64,000 nucleotides of DNA, taken from the IMG/VR virus record IMGVR_UViG_3300042934_000212. One strand, 5' to 3'. Each line of letters begins with the position of its first letter. Position 1 is the stretch's first letter. This document shows positions 9,010 to 18,613 of this stretch, piece by piece. Source of the DNA: a virus (Duplodnaviria > Heunggongvirae > Uroviricota > Caudoviricetes). Below the pieces are notes generated by a model. It saw only the letters and a list, made by a program, of their open reading frames with translations. It had not been told where the DNA came from and did no database searches. The position numbers and the translations under genes were made by a program.

Positions 9010-9704
9010 TCCTCGCTGGTGGACTCGAAATCTTTACCACGCTGTAGGTACTCTTTACCGCGTTCAGCAGCCTCATACAAGGTGCGACCAAAGAAGGTGT
9101 GGTGCCAGATACCTTCAGCGTCTAAGCCTTGGTATGGTGCGTTGCGGTGGCGTACAGCCCAACGTTGACGCTCATTATAGCCGTCAGTCATGCGTGGGTC
9201 ATCAGTGTTGAATGTTACAGCCCACTCGTTGTTAATGTCAATGACTTCATCCATTGAACAACCAAAATATTTGAATACTTTGGTACTTTCATCTTCATGC
9301 TGGTCATTACCATCTTCACCATCACCAGTTTCTAGACCAAGTACTAAAGTTAGTGGTGCATTAATGTACTCATGCATGTTTTCATCATCATCATATTCAT
9401 GACCAGTTAAAACCCACTCAGAACCATCCCAAATATAACAGTAAGATTCTTCATCAAGTGGAGTATCACGTACTTCAAATTCAACACCAGTTTCGCCACG
9501 ATCACGACCATAGTATTCGGTACTTTCAACAGTATCGCCAACTGAAGAAATGAAACCTAGTGATACTAGACTTTCTGCAAGTTCCTGTGAGTTGTAGTTA
9601 AAGACTAACTGAGAACCAACACCAGCCGGATAACCATCGAAATTGCAGTATACTGAATGATACTTATCACCGACTTTAACGTTAATATTGCTACTAGTTG
9701 ACAT
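9006..9704 (-). CDS. hypothetical phage protein (YCNFDGYP motif family)
   Basis: SVYCNFDGYPAGVG...CYIWDGSEW; apparent second domain after an acidic linker. Confidence 0.7.
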   Translation of the reverse strand: MSTSSNINVKVGDKYHSVYCNFDGYPAGVGSQLVFNYNSQELAESLVSLGFISSVGDTVESTEYYGRDRGETGVEFEVRDTPLDEESYCYIWDGSEWVLTGHEYDDDENMHEYINAPLTLVLGLETGDGEDGNDQHEDESTKVFKYFGCSMDEVIDINNEWAVTFNTDDPRMTDGYNERQRWAVRHRNAPYQGLDAEGIWHHTFFGRTLYEAAERGKEYLQRGKDFESTSED

Positions 9705-9713
9705 TATTTTTCC

Positions 9714-10037
9714 TTATTCGAATTCGTTTTCTTGTACTTCATTTTTCTTTAGAAATACTACATGGTACTTATCGCCACAGCCATTGTCTGCGTAGACTTT
9801 ATAAAAGTCTTCATCTTCATAAGTGACATAACGAATTTCTAAATTATAAGTCTGACCTTCTCCTTGGAAAAGGTCTTCTTTATTTCCGTCAGTGTTATAA
9901 GAAACACTGTCGTTATCCATTCCTTCGCGACACCACATTTCTTCATTCAACTCAAACTCTAAACTAAATTCAGATTCATGTGAGTTGAATTCTTTATGCA
10001 TTTGTACTGCAAGTTTTAGTGCTTCGTTACTAGTCAT
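9714..10037 (-). CDS. hypothetical acidic protein
   Basis: ORF, coupled. Confidence 0.6.
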   Translation of the reverse strand: MTSNEALKLAVQMHKEFNSHESEFSLEFELNEEMWCREGMDNDSVSYNTDGNKEDLFQGEGQTYNLEIRYVTYEDEDFYKVYADNGCGDKYHVVFLKKNEVQENEFE

Positions 10038-10384
10038 TAATACTTAAACTCCTGTGAATTACGTTTAGTTACGCCATGCTGATGAAAGCGTTCGTATGTT
10101 TCTTGCCATTTAGTGTTTTTATACTCTGTACTCATCTCCACACAATCATAACCATCATTATATCCATCGTTTGCAGCATCCGTTCCAGTTTTCTGACCAG
10201 GTAATACTTCGATGAATTCGTCACATGAACAGTACTTACAACCTACTGGTTCCATATCGTCATATGAATCAAAATGGCGTTCATACGTATGACCACATTC
10301 ACAAATGCGTTTGTCACCGTACTCAGGATTATAGCGGTACTCTATGTGTACTATTTCTTTTATAATATATGGCTTTTGGCTCAT
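10037..10384 (-). CDS. hypothetical Zn-binding protein
   Basis: CECGH...H...CKYCSC motif. Confidence 0.6.
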   Translation of the reverse strand: MSQKPYIIKEIVHIEYRYNPEYGDKRICECGHTYERHFDSYDDMEPVGCKYCSCDEFIEVLPGQKTGTDAANDGYNDGYDCVEMSTEYKNTKWQETYERFHQHGVTKRNSQEFKY

Positions 10385-10581
10385 GATGATTGTTCTTCAT
10401 CCTTTTGTGCTTTGCCCCATTCATAACCACGTTTATAGTTATCATGTAGGCGACCTTCAGCAATACCTGCTGCTCCACCTAATCCTGATAAAAAGTCTAA
10501 ATGAGGATTTTGATATTCCTTATTATCGTAACCCTGCTCTTTACCTGCATAGAATGCTGCTAGTTCATCTTCTTCAAACAT
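10381..10581 (-). CDS. hypothetical protein
   Basis: ORF coupled on both sides. Confidence 0.55.
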   Translation of the reverse strand: MFEEDELAAFYAGKEQGYDNKEYQNPHLDFLSGLGGAAGIAEGRLHDNYKRGYEWGKAQKDEEQSS

Positions 10582-10901
10582 TAGTCTTTTCTCGTAAAAG
10601 TATGGAAATCTTCATCTGCCTGTTGTTCTCCAACAATAGCTTTATGCATTTCGTATTCTTCTTGACGTGCTTCTTCTGCGTCTTCCGCTTCGTAACGCTC
10701 ATCTTCTTCCTGCTGCATCATCTCTAGTAGTTCATCTAGACGATCATACATAGTAGTTACTTGGTCATATAGAGCATCGAAATATCTGCGTTCCGATTTA
10801 GATAGCTGGTCTGGATGGAAACCTTCTTCGTACATCTTATCAATTAGGTCTTGCATATCGTTTGAAGTATTTTCAAACATAACGTATGACATATTAGGCA
10901 T
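10581..10901 (-). CDS. hypothetical phage protein (NMSYxxFENT family)
   Basis: ORF with a common phage N-terminal motif. Confidence 0.65.
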   Translation of the reverse strand: MPNMSYVMFENTSNDMQDLIDKMYEEGFHPDQLSKSERRYFDALYDQVTTMYDRLDELLEMMQQEEDERYEAEDAEEARQEEYEMHKAIVGEQQADEDFHTFTRKD

Positions 10902-10940
10902 TTTAATTATTCCAGTTGTTTTAAGTTTATTATACTATCA

Positions 10941-11411
10941 TTAATGAAACATGACAGCACCATTATTAGAGGCAAATTCAAACATAGTTTTCCATTCCAT
11001 ATATTTTGTTAAATCATAGTCTTGAAAATATAAGTTAGCTTGTTCTTCATAATCACTGAAGTCTTTATATAGTTTAGTACTACACATAGTTCCAATTACT
11101 CCTTCACAATCAGAGTAATTAATTAGTTCATAAAATGCATAATATCCATCAGCATCTACTGGTAAAGTCTTTGAGAATTCTCTCAATAATTTACGCCAAC
11201 TATTATATCCACCATATGACCCGGCTCTCATCTTCACACTATCGTCGTAACTGTAAGCATATTCGGAGTCGATATCTATATGCTGATAGCAGTCTTTATC
11301 CGTATGAATATAAAAATACGTCCAATTATTTTCGTAACATTCATCAAGATCCATGTGTTCACGATTAACTTCTTTCTTTATATTGCTGTAAGCTGTAATA
11401 TCTAATCCCAT
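10941..11411 (-). CDS. hypothetical phage protein (MGLD family)
   Basis: MGLDITAY...GSYGGYNSWR...LINYSDCEG; GAGGAG SD. Confidence 0.7.
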   Translation of the reverse strand: MGLDITAYSNIKKEVNREHMDLDECYENNWTYFYIHTDKDCYQHIDIDSEYAYSYDDSVKMRAGSYGGYNSWRKLLREFSKTLPVDADGYYAFYELINYSDCEGVIGTMCSTKLYKDFSDYEEQANLYFQDYDLTKYMEWKTMFEFASNNGAVMFH

Positions 11412-11605
11412 TATAAATCTAGCTCCTCATTATTCCTTTTCAATTTGCCATTCTTCGAATGTCAAAGAATTTTCGTTGTTCTGTACATCACTAACGTTCT
11501 GTACTGAATCAACTCAATTCCAATCTTAATTAAAACGTTAAACACTTTACTACTGACGAGATTTGTAGAGGACATTTTCATCCCCCCGCAGGGGAACGAA
11601 GACGT

Positions 11606-11629
11606 AAAAAAAGTACACAAGTGTGTACT
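11606..11629 (-). terminator. intrinsic terminator ending the putative ncRNA
   Basis: AGTACAC-ACTT-GTGTACT followed by a T run on the minus strand. Confidence 0.7.
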
Positions 11630-12092
11630 GATTTTTCCTGACGATGATAGTCGTCGGAATCTGTCGAATTGTGAATTTCTCTGAATTTAAGATACAACTT
11701 CATTGTATAAATTATGAGAGCGAAAGCGGGTTGCTCGGTAATCTCTCTATCACAGTCATGTGCAACGGTCGTAGGTTTAAACATGCCTACACTCAGTACT
11801 GAATCTATTCGACCAAATCAGTACCTGCCATTAAATGGCTCCCTTAGCAAATTGGTAAGTGACCTTATATATCTATCAAGGAAACGCTGATATGCCTAAT
11901 GCGTTTCTTTATAGTGCCGTATTGCCGTGATTCGTAGTCTTATGTCGGTTTGTTTGACTGCTAGTACTCTAACGGGTTTCTTCTGCACTTCGTACTGATT
12001 GAACTACTCATCTGCCATCTACGTTTTCGATAGGATCAGGTTTTACTCATCAAGGACATTCCTTGTCAATCAGAGTTGTATCTTAATTCTGT
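11606..12092 (-). ncRNA. putative novel large structured ncRNA (~490 nt)
   Basis: Own promoter (12099-12127); perfect 13-bp closing helix 12074-12086/11687-11699; several nested stems; terminator 11606-11629; no credible ORF. Confidence 0.65.
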
Positions 12093-12098
12093 ACTTCA

Positions 12099-12127
12099 AT
12101 TATACCATAAAATTCTATGGCGTTTCA
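12099..12127 (-). promoter_or_regulatory. phage-specific promoter TGAAAC-N17-TATAAT driving the putative ncRNA
   Basis: Exact match to the repeated motif, with extended TG. Confidence 0.75.
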
Positions 12128-12139
12128 TTTATCTCAATT

Positions 12140-12169
12140 AAAAAAATACCAGCACTAAGGCTGGTATTT
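12140..12169 (-). terminator. intrinsic terminator
   Basis: AATACCAGC/GCTGGTATT stem with a T run after the 632-aa gene. Confidence 0.75.
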
Positions 12170-12176
12170 GGTAGTA

Positions 12177-14063
12177 TTATAGGTCAGTTTTCTCAATTAG
12201 CATAACGTAACCATTTACTAGTACTTCATAGAATGCAAAATCTGGTACATCTTCGATGCGTAGTAGTTCATCATCGTAAGTATACTTCTCACGAATCTCA
12301 TCGTTGAATAGATGGATTGGTAGATAGAATTCTTCAGCTTTGAATTTACTGGTAATCTTAACTACGTTCGCTTCTTCTTTACCTAAGACTAGACTCACAC
12401 CGCGACTACGATGTTCAGTACGTTCTTTCTTGGTTGCAAATGCAGTTAACTTATCCCAATCAATGGTTAGATTAACTTCATTCTTGAGACGTTCGAAATC
12501 ACGTTCCATATCTAGTAGTGCAGTTCTGATTTTAGCAGTACTTTCACGTACAAAGTTGTTATGTTTAGTAACACGAGACATAAATTCACCAACCATGTCA
12601 CGTTCATATACCTTATGGAAATCCGTATAGAATGCTACGTTATCTGATTCTTTCTGAACCCAAGCTGGAGATAGATTGTCCATCATTTCATGGAACTTTT
12701 CAATCTTGTCTTCTGAAGTTACACCATCTTCACTGTACTTAATCAATAAGGTAGTTGGTGAATTCAAACTCCAGCCAACAACATTGTGTTTAGTAGCGTA
12801 GTTATCAAATTCACTGAAACTAATCAATGCAACTTTTAGTTCAAATGTTTCGGTTACAGTATCTGCAAATGATGTCATTTTATTGAAAAATTCTTCTTCT
12901 TCAGTAGTGATATTAGCAGTGGGTATTTCAGAACGAGAACCTAGAATTTCATCTGCAAATGTTTTACCTGGTGAACGAAGATAGTCAATGTCCTGCTCTA
13001 ATTTAGTTTTCACTTCAGGAGTTTTGATATTAATACTATCATTAGTGCTAACTGAAATATCACCATATGATTGTAGTGTAATTTCGTTACCATAAACATC
13101 AAGTTTAACAGCTTCTGCCATAGTTTCGAAATTAGCACCAATTTCAGAAAGACCATTTATGATTTCTTTCATTTTATCAGTATTAACTTCCTGATCATTT
13201 TTATAAACTTTGTCACCTAGAATATTAGTCTTCGCTACTGGACGGTCATTTTCAATATCGTCAAATGCTTTCATAATATCTTCAATTTGTGCAGTACCAC
13301 GAACCTGTGTCACATTTTCGTTGTGTTTAATTGCACTTTCAATTTGAGTATTGAAATTTTCATTAACTTCAGTAAATGCGGAATTAAGCTCAAACTTACT
13401 CTTATCATTGCGAAGAATTTCAGTCCTAACAATTAATACAGTACCGTCTACTGAGTTATAAGATTCTGGACTGTACTTCAATTCGTATTCATCTTGTAGA
13501 AGAATAATATTATTATCTTCTGCAAAAATCATTACAGTACCGTTATTAACACTGATATTCCCTAAACTAACACGCTTTCTGCGTACCAGATAGTCGTCTT
13601 TAACTTCTTGTTGTGCGATAGTTGCTTTGCGAATGGACTCGTTGATTTCTGCCATTTCTTCGTCAGTATAACGCTCGATGACAATATCAGTATCTTTAGG
13701 AAGACTATCATAAATTGATTCCATTGCTGCTAAATCAATATCTGATAAATCGGGTTTATCTTCATCACTATGTTCAATAGTAACTGCAAACTCACCAACT
13801 GGAATAGTTTCTAGAAGGACATTAGGGAAGTCAACTAAGAATTGATTGTAGATGCCCTCAACATTATGGAACATGCCAGAAGTTTCTACGGTAATTCCCA
13901 ATTCAGCATGTGGATTAACTACATGAACGACGATTTTGTTTGGTGATAAGAAATAACCACTAACCTGTTCATTTTGTAGTTCTTTAGTAAGTACATTGAA
14001 TAGTTCAATATCGTACTTACAATCCTGAATATCAATTGTTTTAATTTCAACTTTGGTAATCAT
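12177..14063 (-). CDS. hypothetical acidic protein (~628 aa)
   Basis: Long ORF; GGAG SD before ATG 14063. Confidence 0.75.
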   Translation of the reverse strand: MITKVEIKTIDIQDCKYDIELFNVLTKELQNEQVSGYFLSPNKIVVHVVNPHAELGITVETSGMFHNVEGIYNQFLVDFPNVLLETIPVGEFAVTIEHSDEDKPDLSDIDLAAMESIYDSLPKDTDIVIERYTDEEMAEINESIRKATIAQQEVKDDYLVRRKRVSLGNISVNNGTVMIFAEDNNIILLQDEYELKYSPESYNSVDGTVLIVRTEILRNDKSKFELNSAFTEVNENFNTQIESAIKHNENVTQVRGTAQIEDIMKAFDDIENDRPVAKTNILGDKVYKNDQEVNTDKMKEIINGLSEIGANFETMAEAVKLDVYGNEITLQSYGDISVSTNDSINIKTPEVKTKLEQDIDYLRSPGKTFADEILGSRSEIPTANITTEEEEFFNKMTSFADTVTETFELKVALISFSEFDNYATKHNVVGWSLNSPTTLLIKYSEDGVTSEDKIEKFHEMMDNLSPAWVQKESDNVAFYTDFHKVYERDMVGEFMSRVTKHNNFVRESTAKIRTALLDMERDFERLKNEVNLTIDWDKLTAFATKKERTEHRSRGVSLVLGKEEANVVKITSKFKAEEFYLPIHLFNDEIREKYTYDDELLRIEDVPDFAFYEVLVNGYVMLIEKTDL

Positions 14064-14086
14064 AATACACTCCATGTATATAAATT

Positions 14087-14569
14087 TTAATTATCTTGAA
14101 GAACAGTTCTAATATCTTCAAAATTGGCACTCAACCAATCAAACCCTTCTGGTACAATAACTCGACCATAGTAGTCGTAGTAATGTACGAAAGGTAAAGT
14201 ACTTTCTTTTAGTAATGCTGCAATCTGTGGGTTGTGTGCAATTTTGCAGATGAGCATGTTTTCCATAATCTTAAGATCATCGTCGGTCAATCCCAACACA
14301 TCTAATCTATCGTTACGGTATTTACGACCAGCTTTCTTTGCCTCAAAACCTGATAAGGTCTTAAGATCATTATGCTGTTGTCCAGTAAGATACCAGTACC
14401 AGAAAGCTTCTCCTGATGCAAAGTACCCATACGGTTCATATGTAAAGGGGGAATACGCAAAGTTAGATAACAATCTACCTAACTCGGTTTTAGCTTGACT
14501 GTAGATATTGATGTGAGTTATGCCGTCTTCTTCTGGATTATAGATAGGGGTACTATCAAATTCAAACAT
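14087..14569 (-). CDS. NADAR-family protein (T4 gp30.3-like)
   Basis: LLSNFAYSPF...FASGEAFWYW...GFEAKKAG...LLKEST motifs. Confidence 0.65.
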   Translation of the reverse strand: MFEFDSTPIYNPEEDGITHINIYSQAKTELGRLLSNFAYSPFTYEPYGYFASGEAFWYWYLTGQQHNDLKTLSGFEAKKAGRKYRNDRLDVLGLTDDDLKIMENMLICKIAHNPQIAALLKESTLPFVHYYDYYGRVIVPEGFDWLSANFEDIRTVLQDN

Positions 14570-14611
14570 AACTTTTCCAATAAAAATCCCTCTAGTGAGG
14601 GATTCTATTTA

Positions 14612-14959
14612 TTAATGTGCTTCGTCCTGATGGTCTTCGCCTGGTGCACCGCGAGTTCGTTCAATATCAACGTATACTCCAGTAGCATTTTTAGCTTGAC
14701 ACTGATCCATTACCCAAGAGTATTGAGTACTGGCATTTGTAATCCAACCTTTAGTCTGACATGAACTCATTTTAAAAAGTTTAACAGAACATAAAAGTGT
14801 TGCGACAATAAATGCAAGTAGCATTGTCTTGAAGAAACGCTTAAGGTTGTCTCCGATGATTAGAACGAAATCATCTTTTAGGTAAAAACGTGAAAAAAGA
14901 TACCAGATGCTAAAGTTAATAGCAAACGCACCTAAAACTACTAACATGTATAGTAACAT
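14612..14959 (-). CDS. membrane protein (2 TM plus Cys pair)
   Basis: Two hydrophobic segments. Confidence 0.65.
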   Translation of the reverse strand: MLLYMLVVLGAFAINFSIWYLFSRFYLKDDFVLIIGDNLKRFFKTMLLAFIVATLLCSVKLFKMSSCQTKGWITNASTQYSWVMDQCQAKNATGVYVDIERTRGAPGEDHQDEAH

Positions 14960-14968
14960 AACTTCCTC

Positions 14969-15142
14969 TTACTTGTTCGGCACACAACGTGCTAAGGTTG
15001 AACTGAATTTAGAACCAACATAGGATTTGAGTATTTCTGTCTTCACTTCTTCACAACGTACTTTTGATTCGTAGTTGCCTACGCTGACAGTACTCATTGA
15101 TGAATTGCTGCTAAGCACAAGTGTAAGAAGAATGCTATACAT
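14969..15142 (-). CDS. small exported protein (57 aa, below the ORF-track cutoff)
   Basis: Manual translation MYSILLTLVLSSNSS...RCEEVK...ARCVPNK; fills the gap between genes. Confidence 0.55.
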   Translation of the reverse strand: MYSILLTLVLSSNSSMSTVSVGNYESKVRCEEVKTEILKSYVGSKFSSTLARCVPNK

Positions 15143-15143
15143 G

Positions 15144-15551
15144 TTAACTCACTCCAAATGATGTTAGAATTTGGTGTACAGACATTAGACTGAATTCGAA
15201 CCTCGTAGTCGTGTCAATCTGGAATGCCTGAGCCTCAAAATCAAGTCTATCAAACCAAAACTGATCTATCAAGTACTTTTCGCTTCCAACGTACAATTGA
15301 AAGTAAATTTCATCATAATTCCACGACGATACGATTTTTAGCGAATCAAAAGAACCCCCGCTGAAATCAACTATAGCGTATCTATCTGGACTTAACCTTC
15401 TGTACCAGGTATATCCTTTTTCAGTACGTTGTACTGTTTCAATCGAATTGAGAGTTATGGAATTACCATTAGGCAATCTCTGAAATATGCTTTTGTCATA
15501 ATTGGAAAACATATCAGAAAGTGTTACTAGCTTTTCAATTTCATCTCTCAT
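15144..15551 (-). CDS. hypothetical protein (AFQIDTT motif)
   Basis: ORF; C-terminal motif similar to 3841..4218. Confidence 0.6.
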   Translation of the reverse strand: MRDEIEKLVTLSDMFSNYDKSIFQRLPNGNSITLNSIETVQRTEKGYTWYRRLSPDRYAIVDFSGGSFDSLKIVSSWNYDEIYFQLYVGSEKYLIDQFWFDRLDFEAQAFQIDTTTRFEFSLMSVHQILTSFGVS

Positions 15552-16131
15552 TCGAAAATCTCTCGTACACATCAATCATACATAGAATACTTATATCACC
15601 ACCGCCAACATCTTTAATGAATGCTTCAGGTGAATCGTACTTAAACCATTCTCCATTAGCTAATACATTGTGATCATGAAAAATTACAGTATGCACATTT
15701 TTCAAGCCGTCAGTATCTAATGAAGTAAAAGTAGTATAGTTAGAATTCCACTTTTCAGATACCTTTATCATGATAAGGCGTTCTTTAGTACAAAGCAGTT
15801 CAACTTGATAATACATTATTTGATCTAGATTAGTAGTAGTTATTGCACCGGTTATTCCACTGGCTTGTTGATATATACCGGTAATAGTAGTTACGGTTTT
15901 ACCTACTGCTACTTGGACATGGGCTGGTGGATTAGGTTGGGGTTTGTTGTATTGGAATGCATTGCGGGTACATTTGAAAGAGTACACTCCTTCTTTCACA
16001 AGAGTTATGTTAGTTTCACCATAACCATAACTTCCTGCACAATCAATTACATCAAAATTACATTTTTTAATTATGTCTAGTAAGTACTCAACATCTTGAT
16101 ACCAAACATCAAATGGGATAGTAGGGGTCAT
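15541..16131 (-). CDS. hypothetical protein
   Basis: 196-aa ORF. Confidence 0.65.
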   Translation of the reverse strand: MTPTIPFDVWYQDVEYLLDIIKKCNFDVIDCAGSYGYGETNITLVKEGVYSFKCTRNAFQYNKPQPNPPAHVQVAVGKTVTTITGIYQQASGITGAITTTNLDQIMYYQVELLCTKERLIMIKVSEKWNSNYTTFTSLDTDGLKNVHTVIFHDHNVLANGEWFKYDSPEAFIKDVGGGDISILCMIDVYERFSNER

Positions 16132-16140
16132 TAAAAATCC

Positions 16141-16163
16141 AAAAAGCTGCCCCGAAGGGCAGC
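16141..16163 (-). terminator. intrinsic terminator
   Basis: GCTGCCC-TTCG-GGGCAGC followed by T5. Confidence 0.8.
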
Positions 16164-16168
16164 ATTCA

Positions 16169-16723
16169 TTAACGTAGTTTAATTACTTCTTGACGACCTG
16201 TTTCGAAAGCTTTAACAGTACGGTCATCGGTAATAACCTGACATAGTTTATCAATGTTCTTACCTGGGAACTTGCTGCTCAAAAACATACTTGACCAGAA
16301 TGAACCACGGAATTCTTCGTAATCAGAACAGGCATCAATCTTTTGCTTTTGTGCATTGTTGAACGCGTCACGTCCAGCATCAATTGTTACCATCAAAGTC
16401 TGATACATTTTAGGAGACAAGTTAGGCATATTCTGGTTCACGAAAGAACGAATATAGTTTTCGTCTTGTTTGCCGCGACCTTCAAAATAAGCTTTAAGTG
16501 TCTTCTGCAAGTCTTCTGCATACATCGCTGGAATTTGAGCTTGTTCTTGTACTTTAAGAGTATAGGTGCTCAACTGCGTTTGACTTGCAAGGTCATAGCG
16601 TTTGATATTCGCTTCATAACTGTTGGCTGTATTGTACGTACCGGTATACTTACCAGCAACACCAAGACCACCAACCACAATTACTACAAGTACAGCGATC
16701 AGTAGAATCAGACCGTTTTTCAT
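16169..16723 (-). CDS. membrane-anchored LemA-like helical protein
   Basis: N-terminal TM followed by a helical bundle (YNTANSYEANI...NMPNL...YQTLMVTIDAGRDAFNNAQK). Confidence 0.55.
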   Translation of the reverse strand: MKNGLILLIAVLVVIVVGGLGVAGKYTGTYNTANSYEANIKRYDLASQTQLSTYTLKVQEQAQIPAMYAEDLQKTLKAYFEGRGKQDENYIRSFVNQNMPNLSPKMYQTLMVTIDAGRDAFNNAQKQKIDACSDYEEFRGSFWSSMFLSSKFPGKNIDKLCQVITDDRTVKAFETGRQEVIKLR

Positions 16724-17814
16724 AAATCATTCCTTACCATGTATAAGCCAACACCAATTGAGATAGCCGCAGCTAGGATAGAACACAAAATTACTACCCA
16801 CAAACTAGGCTCTAGTTTATATTTCAAGTACTCGAATTCTTTATTAGGAAGTCGCTTGAAATGTTCATTCACATCTTTAACCAACTGCTGAACAAGGACA
16901 GGTGACATTTTTTCAGTCATTGCATCCATCTTCATTGTACTGTGAAGAAGTTCGTTCTGCATTCCCTGACCGAATGACGTACTGCTAAAGTTACTTACAG
17001 TATTCTCATCATCCAAACCAATGAACATTACAACGTCGTTCTTTTTACCACCCCGCCATTTAGCGGTTAGAGCTTTAACAAAGTTCAGATCGGATGCTGG
17101 GTACATTACCATAACAATGTTGACCTGCTTCGCTGCTCCCATATCACGTAGTGCTAAGTTGATGTAGTCATTGTACCCTGTACTATCCGCTTTAGTCAAG
17201 TTCAAAACATGATCAACGCGATAATAATCATACACTTCAGGATACTCAGGTAACTTCTTCTTATACTCTGCTGTGAATTCTTTTTCGTACTGTTGCTGGT
17301 AGAAAAGAGAATCTTTGTTACCGAGCAAATAGTTAATGTAGTTGCTTTCTGCACTTGCCGGATCACCCAAGCGAATATTAGCCCACCGTGGCGGCATTAA
17401 GGTGCCTTGAGCATTTATGCGTTCAATGGTATTTGAACCTACTGAACTGCGTACATGCCAATCAACTTCATATGAGTAATCAAAAACTTTATATGACTCA
17501 CACGATTTTTGACGTTTACCTTTGCTGTCAGTATAATACGAACAGCGTTCTTTCCAGTGATAGTTTTTACATGAACTATTTTGAGTACATATTTCAACTT
17601 CACGAGATTTAGAAAGTACTTTACCGTTAAGAATTTCAGTATCAATCATGGATGCGTACAAACTTGCATACGTCAATCCCATCATTAATGCAATACTTAC
17701 ACACGCCGCTGCAAAATGAATACAGAATTCTTTGCCACTGATTTCGTGTTTGTAATAGTACTTCATTATCAAGCAAATCAACAACGCAGGTAGTGCAATA
17801 ATGATGAAGTTCAT
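16720..17814 (-). CDS. membrane protein with periplasmic TPM-like domain
   Basis: Two N-terminal TM, a Cys-rich loop, QVNIVMV...WRGGKKNDVVMFIG, C-terminal TM. Confidence 0.55.
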   Translation of the reverse strand: MNFIIIALPALLICLIMKYYYKHEISGKEFCIHFAAACVSIALMMGLTYASLYASMIDTEILNGKVLSKSREVEICTQNSSCKNYHWKERCSYYTDSKGKRQKSCESYKVFDYSYEVDWHVRSSVGSNTIERINAQGTLMPPRWANIRLGDPASAESNYINYLLGNKDSLFYQQQYEKEFTAEYKKKLPEYPEVYDYYRVDHVLNLTKADSTGYNDYINLALRDMGAAKQVNIVMVMYPASDLNFVKALTAKWRGGKKNDVVMFIGLDDENTVSNFSSTSFGQGMQNELLHSTMKMDAMTEKMSPVLVQQLVKDVNEHFKRLPNKEFEYLKYKLEPSLWVVILCSILAAAISIGVGLYMVRNDL

Positions 17815-17845
17815 TTAGTTCTGCTCACGATTAATTTATGTATAC

Positions 17846-17874
17846 ATAGTAAAGTACTTTCAGTTTTAAGTCAA
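17846..17874 (-). promoter_or_regulatory. sigma70-type (early) promoter TTGACT-N17-TACTAT
   Basis: Near-consensus hexamers with 17-bp spacer. Confidence 0.7.
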
Positions 17875-17881
17875 GCAATTT

Positions 17882-18553
17882 TTACGCTTTTGTTTTAAAT
17901 TTTTCCATCATGTAAGAAGTAAATAAAGCCTCTTTAGCTGCATCGAATAATGGATTGTGTAAGCACAATGGGAACATGATTTCTTTCTCATTCACTGAAT
18001 CACAGAATGCATCTAAATGTGGTTGTACAGCTTCTTTCATTTCCAACTCGTCTTGTTCAGACATAAGAAGACGTAAAGTACGAACATTGTTTGGTGAACT
18101 GTAATGCCATAATGTACCGTTGTTAAACATCACACGATGGTTTTCTTGAAGAATACTACAGTCAAAATGACAACCATTACCGAATACTTTCGTTTCCATC
18201 GAAGGTTGTCCAATAAACTTAGCAAGAGCACTAGGAACGTTGGATACTTCTAGTGGTTCATCATTAGAACTTAGATGGATTGTAGGGGTTTGGATATTAA
18301 AACTTTTTTGCATTTCACATAGTGCAAGAGGGAATTGCTGTGCACAAATATTAAACCAGAAGTCCAATGTACGGGCATCCATTTTAAGACCATTATCAAG
18401 TTGATCCTGGATTGGAAGCTGAACATACATCCAACGCATGTCGTGTGTAAGTACTTCAGGGATTTGAACAATTGCGTAGTTAGGTACAACTATACCATAA
18501 CCTGAATTCTCTGGTGTAGCTAGTGATTCAATGTCTAGACAAAATAAATTCAT
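17882..18553 (-). CDS. DEDDh 3'-5' exonuclease (DexA-like)
   Basis: LDIESL, GNGCHFDCSIL, HNPLFDA. Confidence 0.8.
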   Translation of the reverse strand: MNLFCLDIESLATPENSGYGIVVPNYAIVQIPEVLTHDMRWMYVQLPIQDQLDNGLKMDARTLDFWFNICAQQFPLALCEMQKSFNIQTPTIHLSSNDEPLEVSNVPSALAKFIGQPSMETKVFGNGCHFDCSILQENHRVMFNNGTLWHYSSPNNVRTLRLLMSEQDELEMKEAVQPHLDAFCDSVNEKEIMFPLCLHNPLFDAAKEALFTSYMMEKFKTKA

Positions 18554-18613
18554 ACTTTTCCTTTTATATGAAAAAAGCCCCCATCAGGGAGCTTTCCAAT
18601 TAAGTGCTTATTA

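Noticed and set aside
11578-11784. 68-aa minus-strand ORF (and + ORF 11999..12205) in the ncRNA region
   Set aside because: No clear SD; they run through the terminator or promoter and the paired helices; composition is unlike neighbouring genes
11606-12092. Identifying the ncRNA as RNase P, tmRNA, hammerhead or retron msr-msd
   Set aside because: AAGGAAUGUCC and AACCCGCUUU resemble RNase P motifs but cannot form P4; there are no tRNA-like ends; UUGAUGAG...GAAA lacks the hammerhead CUGA core and stems; no reverse transcriptase is in the window
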